From positions 1-11,357 of the forward strand of contig JAJYIV010000031.1 in the NCBI GenBank assembly GCA_021789915.1: a stretch of DNA of 11,357 nucleotides, read 5' to 3'. Below are positions 1 through 6,531 of the stretch, one piece after another; the stretch's first letter is position 1; each line of letters starts with the position of its first letter. Origin of the DNA: a bacterium. GTDB lineage: Bacteria > Patescibacteriota > Patescibacteriia > UBA9934 > GWF2-40-263. A program made the position numbers and the translations under genes. A model generated the notes under the pieces. The model ran no database searches and was not told where the DNA came from. It was given only the letters and a program-made list of their open reading frames with translations.

Positions 1-4
1 CCGA

Positions 5-250
5 TCATGCGGGTTGGGCTTTCACGCGAATCCGGCCGACGAATTCCCCGCGATCCTGCGGAATAGGTTCTCCATCCGCAGCCAAGCTTTCGCAATATAG
101 GCGAATCGCATCCTCGGCCATGCGTTTCGCCTCGTCGAGCGTCGCGCCTTGGGTCACGCAGCCCGGCAGCGCCGGGACGGAAACGGCATAACCGCCTTCC
201 TCGGAAGGCTGGAACACGACGGTGAAATCGTAAATGCGGTCCGTTGCCAT
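5..250 (-). CDS. HicB-family (UPF0150) antitoxin-domain protein, 81 aa
   Basis: The ORF runs from ATG at 250..248 to TGA at 7..5. The sequence YAVSVPALPGCVTQGATLDEAKRMAEDAIRLYCES is typical of the HicB_lk_antitox/UPF0150 RNase-H-like fold. It has no C-terminal DNA-binding extension. No obvious SD. Confidence 0.65.
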   Translation of the reverse strand: MATDRIYDFTVVFQPSEEGGYAVSVPALPGCVTQGATLDEAKRMAEDAIRLYCESLAADGEPIPQDRGEFVGRIRVKAQPA

Positions 251-293
251 ACTAATTCACTGTAGACAAAAACGGCGGACAAGACAATGCACT

Positions 294-1865
294 TCAAATC
301 TCCTCGCGCTTCTCGCGCAGGTACGAAATCCAGCTCTCGATCACGCGGATGGCCGCCTTGAACGGCGCTTCGATGATGAAATCGAGGAAGAACAGGAAGA
401 CGTTGATGCGCGGCGCGCGCAGGGCGATCCAGCGGCCCGCCCGGACGATCGGCAGGAACAGCAGGTCGCCGAGGAAGCCGAGGAACGGACTGCCTGTCTC
501 CACGATGACCAGCTCGCGGCGGCCGTTGCGGATCTTCAGGCCGAAGAACGTCACCAGCGACAGGAAGAACAGGAACAGGATGATGGAGAAGACGTTGAAG
601 TGCAGCGCGTGCAGGAACCAGCTGATCGCGCCGACCGTCACGAGGAACATGATGCCGTACAGGGTCCGGAAGGCGACGGACAGGCCTCCGTTCGAGCGCC
701 CGGGGCGCAGCGTCACGGCGAAATCCTTTCCGGTCCCGAGGATGGCGTGCGTCTCCTCCAGGATTTTCCTGTTGTTCTTCTGCTCGGGAATACCCACCGT
801 CAGTCCCAGCACGGACAGCAACAGCGGATGGAAGAGGATATTGACGAGGAGCGGCCGGTCGTCGCTGGATTTCAGGATGAACTGCTCGTACGGCAATTCC
901 AGGACGAGCGCAAGCACGGATTTCGTGAACAGCAGGAAAAGCGCGGCGCGCACGACGCTGCGGCCCAGGCGCTTGCGGAAACGGTCGTAACGGCTTTCCG
1001 CGGCCTTGACGACGGCCGCGTCGAGCGCGCCCGCGTCTCCAGACGCAAGCGCCGCGGCGAAGGCGGCCGGATCGTCCTGGGCCACGTCGCGCAGCAGGTG
1101 GAAGACGACGGCATGGCGGCGCACCAGGCGGTACACGGCGTCGGCCGCCGGATGGCGCAGCTGGCGCTCGATGGCTTCCGCCACGGCCGGCAGCCGGGCG
1201 GAGATGTCGGACACCAGGGCGTCGCCCGCCGCCGCGGTCGGCCAGGCGGGATAATAGAGCGTGAACACGCGGAAGCGCAGCGTGGCGATGTTGGAGCGCA
1301 GCACGGAGCGGTGGACCGCGACATACAGCTGCAGGTCGCGGTCTTCCTCCTTGACCGCGGGGTTGGCCCAGACCATGCGCTGCTTCAGGGCGCGGTAGGC
1401 CAGGCCCGCCTCCGCCTCGTCGACGTAGGGCGGCGCCAGGGTGTACTCGACCTCCGTGGACATCACGTCCAGCAGCCAGTCGTACAGAAACCCCGCCTCC
1501 CGCCCCCCGGCGGCGGCGCGCGCGAACAGCGGCCGGTACTTTTCAAAGACGGCGGCGACGACGCCGACGGTCGATTCCGGAATTTTCTTGTTGGGAAGGT
1601 ACCGCGCCCAGATCAGCTCCCGCAGCACGTCGGCCGCGAGCGGCCGGGAGGCCTCGTCCTGGATGCGGCGCATCAGGATGCGCCGGATGGCGTTGCGGCG
1701 CATCAGGTGCTCCTCGTCGTATTCCAGGGTATTGCGGATCGCCTCATAGGCGGACGCCGCCGCCGACACCGTGTCGTTGACGGTGATGACCTCCCCTTCC
1801 GGAACGGCGGGAGGGCGGGCAGCGACGCGGATGGCGGCGAGCAGGCTGTCGAAGGGGGTGGACAT
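294..1865 (-). CDS. Large membrane protein of unknown function: ~330-aa helical soluble N-domain plus 4-5 C-terminal TM helices
   Basis: Long minus ORF with stop TGA at 296..294. The most likely start is ATG at 1865 (MSTPFDSLL...). The upstream in-frame Met at 1928 would translate the intergenic repeat region (FYDFYVLRL) and was discounted. The C-terminal 200 aa contain strongly hydrophobic segments (LVNILFHPLLLSVLGLTVGI, IMFLVTVGAISWFLHAL, FSIILFLFFLSLVTFFGL, FLGFLGDLLFLPIV, INVFLFFLDFII). No canonical SD; a C/G run precedes the ATG. Confidence 0.6.
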   Translation of the reverse strand: MSTPFDSLLAAIRVAARPPAVPEGEVITVNDTVSAAASAYEAIRNTLEYDEEHLMRRNAIRRILMRRIQDEASRPLAADVLRELIWARYLPNKKIPESTVGVVAAVFEKYRPLFARAAAGGREAGFLYDWLLDVMSTEVEYTLAPPYVDEAEAGLAYRALKQRMVWANPAVKEEDRDLQLYVAVHRSVLRSNIATLRFRVFTLYYPAWPTAAAGDALVSDISARLPAVAEAIERQLRHPAADAVYRLVRRHAVVFHLLRDVAQDDPAAFAAALASGDAGALDAAVVKAAESRYDRFRKRLGRSVVRAALFLLFTKSVLALVLELPYEQFILKSSDDRPLLVNILFHPLLLSVLGLTVGIPEQKNNRKILEETHAILGTGKDFAVTLRPGRSNGGLSVAFRTLYGIMFLVTVGAISWFLHALHFNVFSIILFLFFLSLVTFFGLKIRNGRRELVIVETGSPFLGFLGDLLFLPIVRAGRWIALRAPRINVFLFFLDFIIEAPFKAAIRVIESWISYLREKREEI

Positions 1866-1873
1866 AGGGGGGG

Positions 1874-1962
1874 AACGTAGAAGGCGTAGAACGTAGAAGT
1901 CGTAGAAGACGAAGAAGTGACTCAGCACTTTCTCCGCGTTCCCACGCTTTCTACGTTCTACG
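1874..1962 (-). repeat. Imperfect inverted repeat built from tandem 7-9-nt units (aaCGTAG...); 14-nt perfect arms 1885-1898 / 1949-1962
   Basis: cgtagaacgtagaa (1885-1898) is exactly complementary to ttctacgttctacg (1949-1962). Additional degenerate units (aaggcgtag, aagtcgtag, aagacgaag) flank the arms. The element sits between the glycosyltransferase stop (1987) and the ATG at 1865. Confidence 0.55.
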
Positions 1963-1963
1963 A

Positions 1964-1982
1964 GCCCGGCCGCAGGCCGGGC
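1964..1982 (-). terminator. GC hairpin 4 nt after the glycosyltransferase stop (gcccggc-cgcag-gccgggc); U-tract weak
   Basis: Perfect 7-bp GC stem with a 5-nt loop. On the minus RNA it is followed by UCGUAGAACGUAGAAAG, which is A/U-mixed rather than a clean U-run. It may be a weak terminator or part of the larger structured element. Confidence 0.35.
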
Positions 1983-1986
1983 GATT

Positions 1987-3345
1987 CTACACGATCAGCG
2001 GCAGATTCGGCAGCGGGCTCTTGCGCCCGAGCACCAAATCCTCGATGCGGTACGTGCCGTGGGTCGGCGCCTCAATATAGCCGTTCCACGCCATGCGCGC
2101 CACGCCGCCCGAATCGATCCAGTCGAACAGCCACTCGCTCGCATAGCGCGGATCGCCCTGCGGCACGCCGCCGCCGACGTATTGCAGCCAGACGCGGTTG
2201 AACTTTTCCTGCGATCCGATGGGCGGGGCGATGATGATGGGCAATCCGACGCCGGTATAGAACGACAGTTCGCTTGGCTTCGTCCAGAGGATGTCCGTCG
2301 TCTCGAGCAGGCGGTTGAAGCCGGAAAAGTACGCGGGGCGGGATTCGAAGAGCGGGATGAGCAGGCTTTCGCCCAAGGCGTCGTGCAGATGCAAATCCTC
2401 CGCGGCGCGCCGGTAATAGGCGGCCACGTCCTGCCGCGTGCCCGAGGAAAGGACGAAGCGCAGCTCGCGGCGCGCGATCTTGTGGCGCAATCCGCGCATG
2501 ATTTCCACGCCCAGGCGGCGCTGGGCCCCGGCTCCGCCGACGCTGTACATCATCGTCAGCGGGTGGCGGTCCTTGGGCGGCGAACAGTATTCCCTTCCGA
2601 GCTCGTGGCCGATCGTCTCGGCATAGCGCGTCATGAAAATGCCCTCCGGATCCAGGTTGCAGATGCGGGCCATGAGCTGGCGTTTGGCGAACACGGCCTG
2701 TTCCCCGCCGACCAGCTCCTTCGGCAGCGGGAAGCCCGTCAGGATTATGCGCTCCTCCTGCACCCCGTACAGCTTGAGGCGCTCGACCACGCGGCCGTTG
2801 GAGGCGATGTAGGTGATGCGGCTACGCTTGGGGTCGAGCGGCGCCCAGGCGCGCGAGACGTCGGCGTCCGTCGTGATGCAGTAGATGTCGCCGGGATAAT
2901 CATGCACGTCGGCGAAGAACGCCACGGTGAAAAACGTGGTCACGAGCGGCAGCGGATGGCGGGCCAGCTGCTCGATGAGGTGGCGGCCGAATCCGCGGTT
3001 GATGGAATCGTAGATGGCGCGGACCTGGATGATGGGACGGGACAGGTCGCGGCGCGGGTAGAATTCCGGGATGCGCTGCAAATCGTCCATCATCCCGAAC
3101 AGCGCCGACCCGATCACCGGCACCGGCTTCAGGCGCGAGATGAGCTCGTACAGGATGCGCGTGCGGCGCCACCATCCGCGATCCGACGCCGGAATGCCCG
3201 GATAATCGTTGGCGGTAACGACCTCGCCGCCGGCCAAATCCCGCAACGCGAACGCCGCGCGGCTGTGGCCATACCCCATGTTCACGTCCACCACCCAGGC
3301 GCGGCGGGAACGGCCGTCATGCGCATGCGGCACCGGCTCGGACAT
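1987..3345 (-). CDS. MGDG-synthase-like (GT28-type) glycosyltransferase, probable diacylglycerol/lipid glycosyltransferase, 452 aa
   Basis: The N-terminal VVDVNMGYGHSRAAFAL matches the GxGH..AA G-loop of the MGDG synthase/UgtP-like N-domain, and a C-terminal GT-B half follows. The ORF runs from ATG 3345..3343 to TAG 1989..1987. It lies 32 nt downstream of the LOG stop. A GGAG lies 17 nt upstream, which is distant. Confidence 0.75.
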   Translation of the reverse strand: MSEPVPHAHDGRSRRAWVVDVNMGYGHSRAAFALRDLAGGEVVTANDYPGIPASDRGWWRRTRILYELISRLKPVPVIGSALFGMMDDLQRIPEFYPRRDLSRPIIQVRAIYDSINRGFGRHLIEQLARHPLPLVTTFFTVAFFADVHDYPGDIYCITTDADVSRAWAPLDPKRSRITYIASNGRVVERLKLYGVQEERIILTGFPLPKELVGGEQAVFAKRQLMARICNLDPEGIFMTRYAETIGHELGREYCSPPKDRHPLTMMYSVGGAGAQRRLGVEIMRGLRHKIARRELRFVLSSGTRQDVAAYYRRAAEDLHLHDALGESLLIPLFESRPAYFSGFNRLLETTDILWTKPSELSFYTGVGLPIIIAPPIGSQEKFNRVWLQYVGGGVPQGDPRYASEWLFDWIDSGGVARMAWNGYIEAPTHGTYRIEDLVLGRKSPLPNLPLIV

Positions 3346-3377
3346 AGCGGGAAAAAGTTCGGCTCCTTTAAACCTTT

Positions 3378-4130
3378 TCAGAAAAAGGCCCGGTCCGGCG
3401 CGGACCGGATCAGCTCAAAGGCCTCGTCCGCCGAATCGACCAGACGGTAAATCGACGTGTCCTCGGGAGAGATCGTCTTGTACTGCCGGCCCATCGTCTT
3501 TTCGATCCACGCCAAGAGCGGCGACCAGAAGTCCTTGCCGACCAGAATGATGGGAATGCGCTGCATCTTTTCCGTCTGGATGAGGTTGGTCAGCTCCGCC
3601 ATCTCGTCCAGCGTTCCGAGACCGCCCGGAAAATACACGTAGGCCATGCTGGCGGCGGCCAGCATCACTTTGCGCGTGAAGAAATAATGGAAGCCGCGGC
3701 TGTGCCGGACATACGGATTGATGCGCTGCTCGTGCGGCAGCTCGATGTTGAGGCCCAGGGACGGCGCCCCCGCCTCGTAGGCGCCGCGGTTGGCCGCTTC
3801 CATGATGCCGGGACCGCCGCCGGTGATGACGGTGAAACCCCCCTTGCCCAGTTTGTGCGCCAGACGGCGGGCTTCTTCATACCATGGGTGGTCCGGCTGG
3901 AAGCGGGTCGAGCCGAAGATGGAAACGGATTTCCCCGCGTGCGAAAGGAATTCAAACCCCTCGACGAATTCCGCCATGATGCGGAAGACGCGCCACGTGA
4001 TGTCCGACAGCTTGGTCGGCAGATCGGGCGAATAGCCGTTGTGGCGCTCTTCCTCCGACAGCGGCACGCGGATGCTCGCCGCGGACGGCAAGGGGGCGCG
4101 GGAAGACGCGGCGGAAGATGGGTTCGCCAT
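3378..4130 (-). CDS. LOG-family (TIGR00730) nucleotide 5'-monophosphate phosphoribohydrolase/nucleosidase, 250 aa
   Basis: Carries the hallmark LOG motifs GGGPGIMEA and PGGLGTLDE and the Rossmann-like core VSIFGSTR...ILVGKDFW. The ORF runs from ATG 4130..4128 to TGA 3380..3378. It starts 9 nt after the nuclease stop, so it is likely co-transcribed with it. Confidence 0.85.
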   Translation of the reverse strand: MANPSSAASSRAPLPSAASIRVPLSEEERHNGYSPDLPTKLSDITWRVFRIMAEFVEGFEFLSHAGKSVSIFGSTRFQPDHPWYEEARRLAHKLGKGGFTVITGGGPGIMEAANRGAYEAGAPSLGLNIELPHEQRINPYVRHSRGFHYFFTRKVMLAAASMAYVYFPGGLGTLDEMAELTNLIQTEKMQRIPIILVGKDFWSPLLAWIEKTMGRQYKTISPEDTSIYRLVDSADEAFELIRSAPDRAFF

Positions 4131-4139
4131 AGGCGTCCA

Positions 4140-5642
4140 TCATACCATTTTTTCCGCGGTCCGTCGTCGCGCGACTCCCCCGCGCCCTTCCCCCAGCCAC
4201 CGGCACAGGTACTCCGTCGCCACGACGTCGTCCTCATTGTAATCGACGATGTCGCGCAGCACGGCGCGGTCGCCCGTCTCCAGCCACTGCTCGTACCAGA
4301 ACACGCTCTGCGCGCCGCCCGCCTTGGCGTGCCGCCAGTGGTAATTGAGGAATTTCGACTTGGCGATGTCCTTGATCGAATAGAAATACAGCGGGAAGAC
4401 GACGGATTTCTTCACGACGGCGAAGAGGTCGACGTAGCGCGACGCGAAGCGCCGGAACGAAGGCCGGTCTTCGATCTCCTTCGCCAAACGGAGCGTGCGC
4501 GCGCGTTCGTAGTCCGCGAAATGATACACGACGAACGACGGCGGGTCGGGCAACAGGTCCGTCCAGTCGAGGAACTCCTTCCACATCCGGTCCTGATCCT
4601 CCGGCCGTTCGGCCAGGAAATAGAGGTAATAGCCCTCCGCACCCTGATCGCGCATCTGCCCGATCTTCGCGTAGCGGCGCTCCGGATCGCCCGTGATCCA
4701 GAAGCCGAACAGGTACTCGAGATCCAGCAGCGGATCGCCCTCGATGTCAAAATGGATCTTGAGAGGCGCGTCCGGCAGATCCGGCGCGGCGCGCCAGATG
4801 ACGCTCCCGTCCCGCAGCGACCGCGCCTGGAGCTTCAGCCGCTCGAGCGTGGGCGGCGGGGCGTACGGGATCTCCGGCATCCGCGCCGCATCCATGAGCG
4901 CCGCGTCGCGCACCGTGCGCACGCCCGCCGCGCGCAGGGCCGAAAGCGCGCGCGGGTCGGCGCCGTAGAGCAGCGCCACGTCCTGCGCCTCCTCGGCCGC
5001 GCGCACGCACTCCTTGAACCACGGCGACTGCTTGCACTTGCTGGTGAGACGCAGCGGCGGCTTCTCGCCCTGCACGATGCCGGCCACCGTGCGCGCCGTC
5101 GCGCGGCATTTCGCGAGCAGGCGCGGCTCGAGCGCCAGCGGCAGGCGCTCGCTGTCGACATTGATGATCGACGCCGCATGCGGCCGCACGCCCTGGACGC
5201 GCTGCAGCACCAGCGCGTAGAAGGCGAGCTGCAGCGCCTGCGTGTCGTGGATGGTGTGCGACGACTTGATGTCGCACGGCGCGTACATCCAGTCGCCGAA
5301 GGACGAACGGCCCGGCTTGCGCTCCAGCAAGTCGGGGCGCCCGCGCCAAAGCGCGCCTTCGATCTCCGCTTCGATCACGCCCTGGTAGATGCGCGGCGCG
5401 CCCTGCGCCATCAGCGCGCGCGTCTGCGCCGCCGCCGTTTCCATGTCGATGGTGAGCACCGCCTGCACGTCCAGGCCCTTGAGGTATTCCTGCTCGCGGA
5501 CGACGCCCTGCTCCAAAAGTTTTCGCGCCAGCTCCGGCATATCCCCCTTGCGCGCCGGGTCACCGTAGCGGTCGTACCACAACCAGTGCGGGCAGGCCGC
5601 GTACTGGTAGAACATCGAAGGAGTGATGACGGGGAGGGACAT
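4140..5642 (-). CDS. TM0106-family RecB-like nuclease: N-terminal Cas4-like PD-(D/E)xK domain with a 4-Cys Fe-S cluster, fused to a C-terminal RNase-H-fold (DnaQ-like) exonuclease domain; 500 aa
   Basis: N-terminal Cys in YQYAACPHWLWYDRYGD. Putative DxK at APCDIKSS. RecB-type QxxxY in QLAFYALVLQ. Cys triad CRATAR...(23)...CKQSPWFKEC. C-terminal LKIHFDIEGDPLLDLEYLFG matches the PF13482-type predicted 3'-5' exonuclease. The ORF runs from ATG 5642..5640 to TGA 4142..4140. Confidence 0.8.
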   Translation of the reverse strand: MSLPVITPSMFYQYAACPHWLWYDRYGDPARKGDMPELARKLLEQGVVREQEYLKGLDVQAVLTIDMETAAAQTRALMAQGAPRIYQGVIEAEIEGALWRGRPDLLERKPGRSSFGDWMYAPCDIKSSHTIHDTQALQLAFYALVLQRVQGVRPHAASIINVDSERLPLALEPRLLAKCRATARTVAGIVQGEKPPLRLTSKCKQSPWFKECVRAAEEAQDVALLYGADPRALSALRAAGVRTVRDAALMDAARMPEIPYAPPPTLERLKLQARSLRDGSVIWRAAPDLPDAPLKIHFDIEGDPLLDLEYLFGFWITGDPERRYAKIGQMRDQGAEGYYLYFLAERPEDQDRMWKEFLDWTDLLPDPPSFVVYHFADYERARTLRLAKEIEDRPSFRRFASRYVDLFAVVKKSVVFPLYFYSIKDIAKSKFLNYHWRHAKAGGAQSVFWYEQWLETGDRAVLRDIVDYNEDDVVATEYLCRWLGEGRGGVARRRTAEKMV

Positions 5643-5648
5643 GGGAAA

Positions 5649-5721
5649 GCCTTTAGCCTTTAGCCGTTAGGAGAGAATAAGGCCAAATCATCCTAACAGC
5701 TAAAAGCCAAAGGCTAAAGGC
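5649..5721 (-). repeat. Long imperfect hairpin from tandem heptamers (gcctttag/cctttag/ccgttag vs ctaaaag/ccaaagg/ctaaagg) immediately upstream of the nuclease ATG
   Basis: Arm 5649-5671 (gcctttagcctttagccgttagg) pairs with arm 5692-5721 (cctaacagctaaaagccaaaggctaaaggc). There are 13+6 identical positions around one internal bulge. The loop is agagaataaggccaaatca. The element is strongly AT-rich compared with its surroundings and ends 6 nt from the ATG, so it would occlude the weak AAAGG SD. Confidence 0.55.
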
Positions 5722-5754
5722 TAAACAAAAATCCGTCGCTGCTGTCAGCGACGG
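5722..5754 (-). terminator. Rho-independent terminator for the 148-aa gene
   Basis: Perfect 9-bp stem ccgtcgctg-ctgt-cagcgacgg (5733-5754). On the minus RNA it is followed by AUUUUUGUUUAG, from plus-strand ctaaacaaaaat at 5721-5732. Confidence 0.6.
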
Positions 5755-5829
5755 GAGGCAGCGACGTCCTGAGGCCAACAGGCCGAAGGACCTCGCGGCG
5801 AGACGGACGGGGCGAAGCGGGGAACCGCG

Positions 5830-6276
5830 CTAGGCCGCGCGGGGGATAAACAGATCGGCCGTGCCGCCAAGCCCGTACCGGCGAGTGAGCGCCACCAGCT
5901 TGGCCCGCTGGCTGTCATCGACCTCCTCGGAGAGGGAGCGCGCGATGGCACGGATGGCCACGGTGAGGCCCGACCTTTTGGCCTTGATCGGCGACGCCCG
6001 GTGGATGGCCAGCGCGTTCGCGAAGACGCGCTGTTGGAGCTCGACCGATGGCGCGGGCGCGTCGGTCTGCAGAAGGGCGGCGAGCGTGCTCGCGGCCAAG
6101 CCGTGCTCCCCCTCGAGCGTGAAACGCTCGACGGCGGCCACGGTCGGCGCCACGGGCGCGACGGCGACGCCCTTGCGCGGCTTGGGCGGCGGGGCGTTGT
6201 CGCCCGGACGGAAGCCGTAGTAAGGGGGCCTCTTGCTGCGGTTCACCTGTGTACGGTTCGTGCTCTGCGTGCTCAT
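5830..6276 (-). CDS. Hypothetical protein, 148 aa, basic Pro-rich N-terminus; unknown function
   Basis: ATG 6276..6274 is preceded by AAGGAG (rc of 6282-6287) with a 5-nt spacer, a good RBS. The ORF-track start at 6282 is GTG, and MLM then translates GTG-CTG-ATG. Stop is TAG at 5832..5830. The protein has plausible composition and hydrophobic periodicity. Competing overlapping frames are Arg/Ser-rich junk. Confidence 0.55.
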   Translation of the reverse strand: MSTQSTNRTQVNRSKRPPYYGFRPGDNAPPPKPRKGVAVAPVAPTVAAVERFTLEGEHGLAASTLAALLQTDAPAPSVELQQRVFANALAIHRASPIKAKRSGLTVAIRAIARSLSEEVDDSQRAKLVALTRRYGLGGTADLFIPRAA

Positions 6277-6402
6277 CAGCACTCCTTGTTGCGTCCACGC
6301 GTGGACGGCTCGTCCGACGGGACAAGCGTCGCGACTATACGCGAAAACGCCGCGGGCGTCAAGGCACCCCGCGGGCCGACGGCGGAAGCGTCCGAAGTCC
6401 TC

Positions 6403-6457
6403 GACGCTGCTTTTTCTTGGTCCGGGCTGTCGCCGTCCTCGGCGAAAAAGCAGCGTC
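6403..6457. promoter_or_regulatory. 14-bp perfect inverted repeat GACGCTGCTTTTTC-N27-GAAAAAGCAGCGTC
   Basis: Arm 6403-6416 is exactly complementary to arm 6444-6457. The 27-nt spacer (ttggtccgggctgtcgccgtcctcggc) is itself GC-rich and partly self-complementary. The repeat lies in the 255-nt non-coding gap between the 126-aa gene stop (6532) and the 148-aa gene start (6276). It has no flanking T-run, so it is not a classical terminator. Confidence 0.4.
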
Positions 6458-6531
6458 TCCGGCTCCGGCCGCCGAGACCCTGCTTCAATGTCGGGTCCAC
6501 CTCCGCTCAGGGAGCATTCCGTCGAGCCCTC

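Noticed and set aside
234-1880. 548-aa plus-strand ORF antisense to the membrane-protein gene
   Set aside because: Extremely Arg/Glu/Gln/Asp-rich, low-complexity translation typical of the antisense frame of a high-GC gene. It has no recognisable domain. The minus-strand frame encodes a coherent protein with TM helices.
1866-1928. 21-aa N-terminal extension (MLSHFFVFYDFYVLRLLRSPP) of the membrane-protein ORF
   Set aside because: It is simply the translation of the tandem heptamer repeats (FYDFYV). The internal ATG at 1865 gives a more plausible protein start.
1874-1962. Possible CRISPR array or microsatellite from repeated cgtagaa units (also 5649-5721)
   Set aside because: The units are 7-9 nt with no spacers of CRISPR size. 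They form inverted repeats. Nothing about them fits a direct-repeat/spacer array.
2059-3450. 463-aa plus-strand ORF antisense to the glycosyltransferase
   Set aside because: Arg/Ala/His-rich junk-like sequence. The opposite strand has the clear GxGH glycosyltransferase signature.
3687-5663. 658-aa plus-strand ORF spanning the LOG and nuclease genes
   Set aside because: Low-complexity Arg-rich translation antisense to two well-supported minus-strand genes. It is a high-GC open-frame artefact.
5861-6325. Alternative ORFs overlapping the 148-aa gene (5861..6220 plus; 5915..6325 minus)
   Set aside because: Both translate to Ser/Arg/Ala-rich low-complexity sequence without start signals. The 5830..6276 minus frame has an AAGGAG RBS and protein-like composition.
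6276-6500. 74-aa minus ORF in the long intergenic gap, whose stop overlaps the 148-aa gene ATG (TGATG)
   Set aside because: Low-complexity Arg/Ser/Gly-rich sequence that merely translates the GC-rich palindrome region. It has no start context. The downstream gene has its own strong SD, so coupling is unnecessary. It is kept as an outside possibility only.
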